Made by a program: the position numbers and the translations under genes. Below are positions 55,996 through 64,000 of a stretch of DNA of 64,000 nucleotides, in pieces; positions within the stretch are counted from its first letter, which is position 1; every line of letters begins with the position of its first letter. The notes under the pieces are model-generated. The model did no database searches. It worked only from the letters and a program-made list of their open reading frames with translations, and was not told where the DNA came from. Origin of the DNA: Octopus bimaculoides (taxonomy: Eukaryota); assembly GCF_001194135.2 (NCBI RefSeq), contig NC_068984.1, positions 81,852,389-81,916,388 on the forward strand, read 5' to 3'.

Positions 55996-58900
55996 GAATT
56001 ATTCAATCTAGGTGCATTGAAAACATCAACTAATAAAGAGATTGCAACACCATAATGTTACAAACACTATCTACATGAAGCAAACAGTTTCGAACTACAT
56101 ACTTGAAAACAAATAATTACAGTCTTCACACTACACATATTATTTTTTTTTTTAATACAACAACATCGTCAATTGCAACAACTTTGTGATGTAAAACACT
56201 AATTAACGTTTCGAAGCAAAGCTAAACTTGATTGGTTTGGTAAGATTCAGAACACTCAAAAATATCATATAGTATACGTTCAACTGAAGCTTTGCCCTAC
56301 AAATCACAGAATCATTTGTAACTATATTATATTGTAAATTATATTTTCTTGACCATAGAAAAAAGTAAACATTGCACCAGTAGCAGATTACACAGCTCCA
56401 CATTGCAACTGTTTTTTGACACCAATCTACTCAAGCACTCACACCCTCACAACAGGCGTAAGAAGGATGTTGAGTAAAAGAAAAGAAGAAGAATTGTAGA
56501 AAGACCTATTTAAGCAAACTCATCATTATACACAAAGATCTTGTAAATCAAAAGATCATACTTCCTCCCAAATGTAAAAAGTAATATAAACTTACTGTTT
56601 TTATCGGAATTTATCTCTGATTCTGAAAACACGAAAAAAGAAAAAGCAAAAATATATTTTTAAAATATTTATTATTTAGAAGAATTCATACAGATATCCA
56701 TGGCAGTCTAACGCAAGCTATCTTTACGAACAGTATTTAGTTCCAGACTTATATGCGTGTTTTTTAAGCTTCTGGTTTTAACTACATTCACTCTGCCTTA
56801 TGTAATGTAGATGTGTCTGTGTCTTAAGATATGTGACGAAGACTGTTTAATATTGGTTTCATAAGAGGCCAGGTATATATATGATGAAAATATTCCACTG
56901 AATACTGTGTCAAGCTATTATCTCGGATCACACAATTTATTGTAAAACTAGAAACGATTAAATATGTAAAATAGTGTTACACGAACAGGGTGTTGAGCTG
57001 GTAGACTCGCTAGCACGCCGGGCGAAATCCTTAGCAGCATTTTTGTTCGTCTTAACGTTCTGAGTTCAAATTCCACCGAGGTCGACTTTGTCTTTTAACC
57101 CTTCGGGGATCGATAAAAAAGAAAGTATCAGATGAACACTGGAGTTGATGTAACCGATTTCCTCCTCCCCCAAAATTTCTGGCCTTATACCAAAACCAGT
57201 AGAGCGTCGCGCAAGTTTCCGAGTAGATATTTTCGTTTGGACATAGCATATTCTAACATACAATTTTGTTTTAGATTACACTGTACGAGCTAAGATCCAT
57301 GTCTCTTTACGTTTCTCCAGACGTTTATCTACATAAAAGCCTTTTGCCGATACAGAAGACTATGGACCCGCGAGCACACACACGTGCACATTCTTGTATT
57401 TTACAAATATCTTACTCTTCTTTTATTCTCTTACTCGTTTCAGTCATTTGACTGCGGCCATGCTGTTGCACCGTCTTAAAAGGTTTTGTCAAGTAAATCA
57501 ACCACCGTAATTATTTTAAGCCTTATTCTGTCAGTTCTTGTGTCGAACCGCTAATTTCGGCAACGTAAACAAATCAACACCAATTGTCAGGCAGTGGGGG
57601 AACAAGTATATGCAGAAAGATGCAACCCCACCCCATCACCACCACCACCACCCACACACGCACATGCATACACACACACGCACACACACATACACATACA
57701 TACATACATAAGTTTACGGTGGTTTATTCCCCCAATTCACTACTTCAAAAAGTTTCGATGTTTCTTTAAAAATCAGGAAAGAACACAACAATCAATACAT
57801 ACAAAACAAATATCTTACCATTTGAAAAGTATAACTGCTTGATCAATCTATGATATTCTGAAAATTGTAAAAAGTAATTAGTACTTTTTAGAAAATACTT
57901 CATTTAATTTAGACATTACTGCAAAAAAGACACCTAAAAACATTACTATATTCAATTGTATAAAAAGACATTCAGATCTTCAACTCTCGATAGAGAGCTA
58001 GAATATCAAATGTTTGAAAGTACATATCACATAGAGATGTAAGAGTTTTGCAAGATCACAATGCTGAGTTCAGAACACCAAAATAGGTCTTACAGATAGA
58101 AATGAAAGGATGTTTAATAATCAGACGTGTTACAGACTCCACAACAAATTGAAGACTGCAAATAGTATATCGTCGATGCATCAATCACATCATTCTGAAA
58201 GAGCTTGCACCCACTCCTCTGATATTTCGAATATTAAAAAAAAATAATAATAAAAAAACAGAACAAGTATTCTCAAACGCAAGAAGCAAGTGTAGCGTCA
58301 ATTTTTACATCAGTCCCTGATTACAACAATGAATTATGCCATCTGAGCAAAACTTGAAAGTTAAGTCACTTGGGCATGAACTCAGCAGTGAGTCGGTTGT
58401 AATTACAGGCGTCCAACTTTTCGGCTACAAAAGTACCTAGGGACACATGCTGCATGATAAATGAAAGTGAATCAAGAAATTTTGATTAATAAAAATTACT
58501 TCTGTTGTGAGGAAGAAACAATCTGTCATGTTATGGATGGATTCTGGTAAAAAAAAAAAAAAAAAAAAAGAAGACATGGGATATAATCCTAGAATTAAAA
58601 TTTAAAATAAAAATGATTAGAAATAGAATATAGTTGGTTTTGTCATTGTGATCTTTAAACTCTATAGCGATAACTCAAAGTTTGGTTTGGCCTCGTAAAC
58701 ATCATTGGAGTAATAAAGTCTCGCCAAGATACAAGAGATTTTATAAACACCAAGGTTAATAAACACTAAGTCGCATAATAATGAGTTTGTTCTCCCCTTA
58801 GAACAGGTGCAATTTTAATTATTAAATTTTGATTCTCGATATCAAATATATTAGCGCACATTTTACAATTTGTTTTACGTGCAGCGTGCATATCTTTTAT

Positions 58901-60483
58901 TTCCAGAATCATTCTTTTTAAGTTATCACAACACTCAGTCTTCATTCTTTAAATACAGTATAAAGTAGAAGCTGCATAACATGATTATCGATAATGTTAA
59001 CAACTGGTTATTGTTATCAGAATTAGTAGCTCTTAATCTCATTGTTTGCTTAGTGTTACCAGCTGTTATTGTTATGCAAAGACTTCATCTCAAAGTAATA
59101 AAAATACACAGCTTCTACGATATTCTATACTAGCAGATATAGTCGACGTTGCTCGGGATTAAAATAGCATAGTTTTTCATTGTTTTACTTGTTTCAGTCA
59201 TGTGACTGCAGCCATGCTGGAGCACTGTATTTAGTCGAACAAATCAACACACGAACTCACATAATGAATCTTGCAAACCCAATCCCAATAGGTATTGCGA
59301 ATAGCTGCCTGACTGAATAAAAAACCGTGAATAATTCCTAATTATGTAATATAAATATATATCGCAGAAGTAAATAAAAATAAAATATTGTTGTACATAC
59401 TATGATTCTCTGCCAACCATCTCTTCAGTTTGCCAATTCCTTAGATTGTAAATTTAGAAATAAATTNNNNNNNNNNNNNNNNNNNNNNNNNNNNNNNNNN
59501 NNNNNNNNNNNNNNNNNNNNNNNNNNNNNNNNNNNNNNNNNNNNNNNNNNNNNNNNNNNNNNNNNNNNNNNNNNNNNNNNNNNNNNNNNNNNNNNNNNNN
59601 NNNNNNNNNNNNNNNNNNNNNNNNNNNNNNNNNNNNNNNNNNNNNNNNNNNNNNNNNNNNNNNGTTATTATCTAGTGTAACAATTTAAAATGATAATAAC
59701 AGAATCAATAATATAGGCGATAGATAGATTATTAGAATATTAATTCAATATTTTAACTCTCTTATTGGTAACGAAATATATAATTTGGAATAAAAATACC
59801 AAAATTCCCCAGTTTTATTTTTTAATATGCAATTACTCTGAAACAGATATCTGTCAGTATTTTTACAGTATTCTCCAGTAATTTCAACATGTAAATCATA
59901 ACATCTACAAGTATACTTTGGAGAACTGAAAATGCAGATGTGCTTCATGAAGTCACAGATTGGATTATAACCCTATCTACATATTGTATATGTGTGTGTA
60001 CAGACAACGTTGTACAGGTAGCATGTTATACACATGTTATAAATCTTTCCTGTTTTCGTTGTAACAAATCCAGACAAACAGATATCCACAATCTCATAAT
60101 AACAACTGGCACTCCGTCGGTTACGATAAGTGTTCCAGTTGATCCGATCAACGGAACAGCCTGCTCAAGAAATTAATGTGCAAGGGGCTGAGCACTGTAC
60201 AGACACGTGTGTTCCTAACGTAGTTTTCAAAGAGATTCAGCATGACACAGAATGTGACAAGGCTGGTCCTTTGAAATACAGGTATAACTCATTTTTACCA
60301 GCTGAGTAAACTGAAGCAATGTGAAGTAATGTGCGTTGCTCCAGGATACAACGCATCGCCCGGAATCGAACTCACGACTTTACGATCGTGAGTCGAATAC
60401 TCACGTGCCTTCACACAATCTCAGAACAGACATAGACTGGATGTAAGCAAAAAGAAAATAAAACCTATTCTTGAAGAAATAGC

Positions 60484-60945
60484 CATCCATCCATCCATCC
60501 ATCCATCTTCTCTGTCCACTGTCTCTAGGAGGGTCGTGGGGGTAGAGTTTTCGGGCCCCTCATCCATAGGGTCCTATCAGAAACAACTGACTTTAAAACT
60601 TCTGGCTGGATTCCCAACCAAGACCAACTGGGACTATCTTGCTATTAGTCTACCCATGGATCTCCGGCTGGTTGGCTCAGCTCGAAGAACCCGTCTTGCG
60701 ATTCTTTCCTACACCATTTTAATCACATGTCCATAGTACTGGAACTGTGAACTATCAGTGCGAAAAAGTAGCAGTTTGACCTGGGGAGACTCCTTGATTT
60801 CCGAGCTACGCGCCCTGTCGAGTAATGTTGCTCTAGAGATCATTCGGGGAAACCCCATATCCGTCGCTTGTATTCTTGATTGTACTCTTTCGGTCATTAC
60901 CCAACATTCATGACCAAAGATGAGAATAGGCACAAAAACCAAACC
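60484..60945 (-). mobile_element. Rex3/Expander-like RTE LINE 3' fragment with (GGAT)n tail
   Basis: FVPILIFGHECWVMTERVQSRIQATDM, YYGHVIKM, LPPRPS...KMDGWMDG. Confidence 0.8.
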
Positions 60946-62435
60946 ACATCAATTTTACCATTCTGGAAGGCCGTGTACACCTCATGTCATTGCCTTATTT
61001 CTTTGTCTATTTTATAAAAGACGATTGCAATTAGTAAACCAATGAATTGCTCGTAAATTCTTCTCTACATCTTCTTATTACAACTGAGTATTATACCATC
61101 CTTTGTGAAAGCACATCCAGGTATGTTTGTTTCATATTCTAGGGAAAATATTACCTTACTTGAAAATAAGTGAGGGTTTGTGGCAGGAAAATCATCCAGC
61201 CATAGAAAAATTTGCTTTAATGAGGTTCTCGTCTGACCCACGGAAGCATGGAAAAATAAACAACATCGATGATGATGATAAAAAAAACAACTGTGATTAT
61301 ATATAACCACAAGAATTATAATCTCATTTGATCATGCATATACTTACTATTAGAGTGCATCAACAGATCTAGAACTAGCTGTACCCAGGCTGTTTCAATA
61401 AAACTATTTTTTAAGATACATGTCGTCAAAGCAGAAATTTAGAAAATTTTCCTAAATAAAACTAGGTTAGAGTTAATTAAATGTATGTTAACTAAATATA
61501 TGTTGAGATTAGATATACAGTTGCCTCAAAATGTCTCGTGTCTACAGTAAAACACTAAACTAGAAGCAGGTTAGACACCAGCGACACCTTTCCTGTGTTA
61601 ATAGTAATCAGCCTACTGAGACATCCATTCACACTCTTAAAATAGAAACACACACACGTGCGTTCCCCATACATACACCCCCACCCACCCACACACACAC
61701 ACACACAATCATCTTCTTTAGAATAGTTTTTACAAGTCAGTAAAACATACTTGTAGTAAGCGACTTAATATAAAGATAAACAGAAAAGGATCTACCAGCT
61801 TACTGTTTTCATCGATTTCATGATTTCCCGATGCGTTTTGCTCTGAAAACAAGAAGCCCAATAGATATTTTTTAAAAATATATTGTGTTTATTAGAATTC
61901 ATATGTCCATAATTAAAATTTGTTAATTTTTAGAAATAGGATTAAGTTTCAAATGAAGTAATGTTTCTAAAAGCTACAGATATTGTTTCATCCACTCCAT
62001 CAAGGTATTTAGCCCAAGGACAGTTCCATCCAGTAGGCTTGTAATCGAAAAAATACACGTATTAACCATCTGTCTTTTTTGTGTATAGGACTGCTCTGTC
62101 CAGTGTGTCCCACTTGATATAAGGGTTAGGGTATGATTTGAGATCATTTGGGTGTTATTTCTAGCGTGTTAACCAACCGCGTAAAACTCCCTCGTTGAAT
62201 CGCATTCAATGTCTAGTTTAATGTAAATGTATCTGTGTTCCAAAACTAGGACGAAGTTACGTGCTTAACACCGAGTTCAATAAATCGAGTATTTTTTAGA
62301 TAAAATATTCTACAGAAAATAGTCTCAGCTCATAATAAATATTTCCAGGAATTTTCTGCTCATTTCAGGGCACACACTTTATAGTCAAATTAGTCGCTAG
62401 TATCTAAACCGTTTAATACATAACATGGTCTAGCG

Positions 62436-63021
62436 CAGTGGTTCTCAAACTTTTCAAAAAACTTACTTGCTGGTCCCCTTACACCTTTTTCGATGATTTG
62501 CTGTTCCCTATGAAATGCAGGATAATTAACATGGAAAAATGACATACATTCGTGTACTGTAATTTCCCGACTATGAACCCGAATGAGAATGGGTGTCTGG
62601 CAAAAGGCAAGGACATGCAGAAACATGCACCGGTGAGGATAACGACAGCGATAGACATGCAAACGTGTGGATTGCAATAGTGGAGTGGTGAATCATGTGA
62701 GCGTAGAATACCGACAGCACATGTACGATCAACCGTTATACCCGCATATTTTCCATCAGTCAATCACACCTGTTGTACAGCAAGTGTGATTAGTAAATGA
62801 GCGTATAGGAGAGGCGGGTGATTTTGAGGTTAACAATAAGAAAGGATGATAGCATGCGAAAAACTGAATGTCTTGAAATTTTTAAACTTAACTGTCTCAA
62901 ACCACCTGTTTTCACGATACTTCAGCCCCTCTTCACGGTCCCCCTAAAATCGTTTCGCGGTCCCCCTAAAATCGTTTCGCGGTCCCCCAGGAGACTGCAG
63001 ACCCCATTTTGAGAACCACTC
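62436..63021. mobile_element. hAT (Charlie/Buster-like) MITE, 586 bp
   Basis: TIRs CAGTGGTTCTCAAA and TTTGAGAACCACTC; 8-bp TSD GTCTAG(C/T)G at 62428-62435 and 63022-63029; internal 22-bp tandem duplication. Confidence 0.9.
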
Positions 63022-63480
63022 GTCTAGTGCATAGTTCATCCTGGATATTTTCGTTGACCAGAAGACTTAACTTTATCATGTGTATGATTAGACGTAACTA
63101 TATCAATAAAATATACTATAAATGTAATTTTATGTGTGTGTGTGTGTGTGTGTGTAACGGTGATGTTTTTAGTTGAAGTCGAGGGTCACCAATTGTAACA
63201 GTTGTTGTTAAGGTGTTGGTTGCCAGTATGCAAGATGGAAGAACAGTGATCGAAGTTTTAAGGAAATATTTATTTACTTTTCTTGTATGTTGTTGCTGTT
63301 TATGTTTAGTCAACTGCTAGCTACCCAACTAGGAATTAGAAGATAGTGTGAATGTTAAAAGTAAGGAGTCGATAAAAGGATACCTTCATGGTGCCTGACA
63401 TTTAAACGGCAGTGGTGTTGTGATAAGACACTGTATCATAGTTGGCATTCTCACTAGTAAGCCTTCTCTCAGTTGAATTA

Positions 63481-63600
63481 TCTCACTAACTGGATTTTGC
63501 CTTTGGTCGCCTCTCCGTCATCTCCTTTTTGCCAATTAGGTTCTCACTAACTGGATTCTGCCTATGGTCGCCTCCCCGTCATCTACTTTTTGCCAACTAA
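63481..63600. repeat. 62-bp tandem duplication
   Basis: TCTCACTAACTGGATT(T/C)TGCCT(T/A)TGGTCGCCTC... twice. Confidence 0.85.
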
Positions 63601-64000
63601 CTTTTTCCTACGGTGTGGTAGTATTTATAATTTTCCAAACTAGTTAAAAGGAAAGACATATTGTTGAGAACAATAGATTTCGTTGTCGGTCTGTTATCTC
63701 TATTCTAGCTTTTGGTGACCAAGAAGAGGTTAGAAGTGTGAAGTGGCAAAGACATTATTCTGTTTAGACAAGGCATCTGGCAAATATAACTGCTGGCACT
63801 CACAGAAAAACTGTTTTACCGTGAGAAAAGTGCTGTTGAACTGTGAAATGAAATTTAGCGAATCCACGTTATGCCTGCATCAACCACTATATATATATGA
63901 TCAACGATATGAATACACTTACATTGTTTTAGATTATTGTAGGTACATGAATATTACTTCACTGAAATTAGTCCAGAAATTTAGGAGTTAAAGACAGAAA

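Noticed and set aside
56340-56445. TIMP-like C-x-C-x9-CN spacing (CECLSRLVSKNSCNVEL) on the minus strand
   Set aside because: An in-frame TGA lies two codons upstream, it falls past a strong gtgagt donor, and no downstream TIMP exons were recognised.
59126-59170. Helitron-like terminus (TACTAGCAG...CGTTGCTCGGG); similar at 61374
   Set aside because: Too short to support, with no matching other end.

Overview
AT-rich animal genomic DNA with six N gaps; the SINE and LINE families point to an octopus (inference). The main gene is a complete 14-exon sorting nexin 4 (SNX4, PX+BAR, 437 aa) on the + strand, 11714-44221, with a 14-kb first intron. That intron holds a decayed short-LTR Ty3/Gypsy element interrupted by a full-length mariner. 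The rest is mostly SINEs, mariner/hAT/Helentron relics and R4/Dong-, RTE- and CR1-type LINE fragments. Two unexpected features stand out. (1) Two divergent ~1.7-kb retroelements (767-2471 +, 7978-9629 -) carry only a Tx1/L1-like ORF1 (zinc knuckle plus a shared C-terminal domain, no RT). Each sits in the tRNA-derived head of the same SINE family, and a variant of that SINE carries the element's own 3' tail. (2) A candidate minus-strand micro-exon gene (52775-55074, possibly to 57821) is built from 28-60 nt exons, some tandemly duplicated. The SNX4 body also shows a CpG-decay footprint, a 142-bp intronic inverted repeat and a duplicated decoy acceptor before exon 9. All calls were read by eye; no searches were run.
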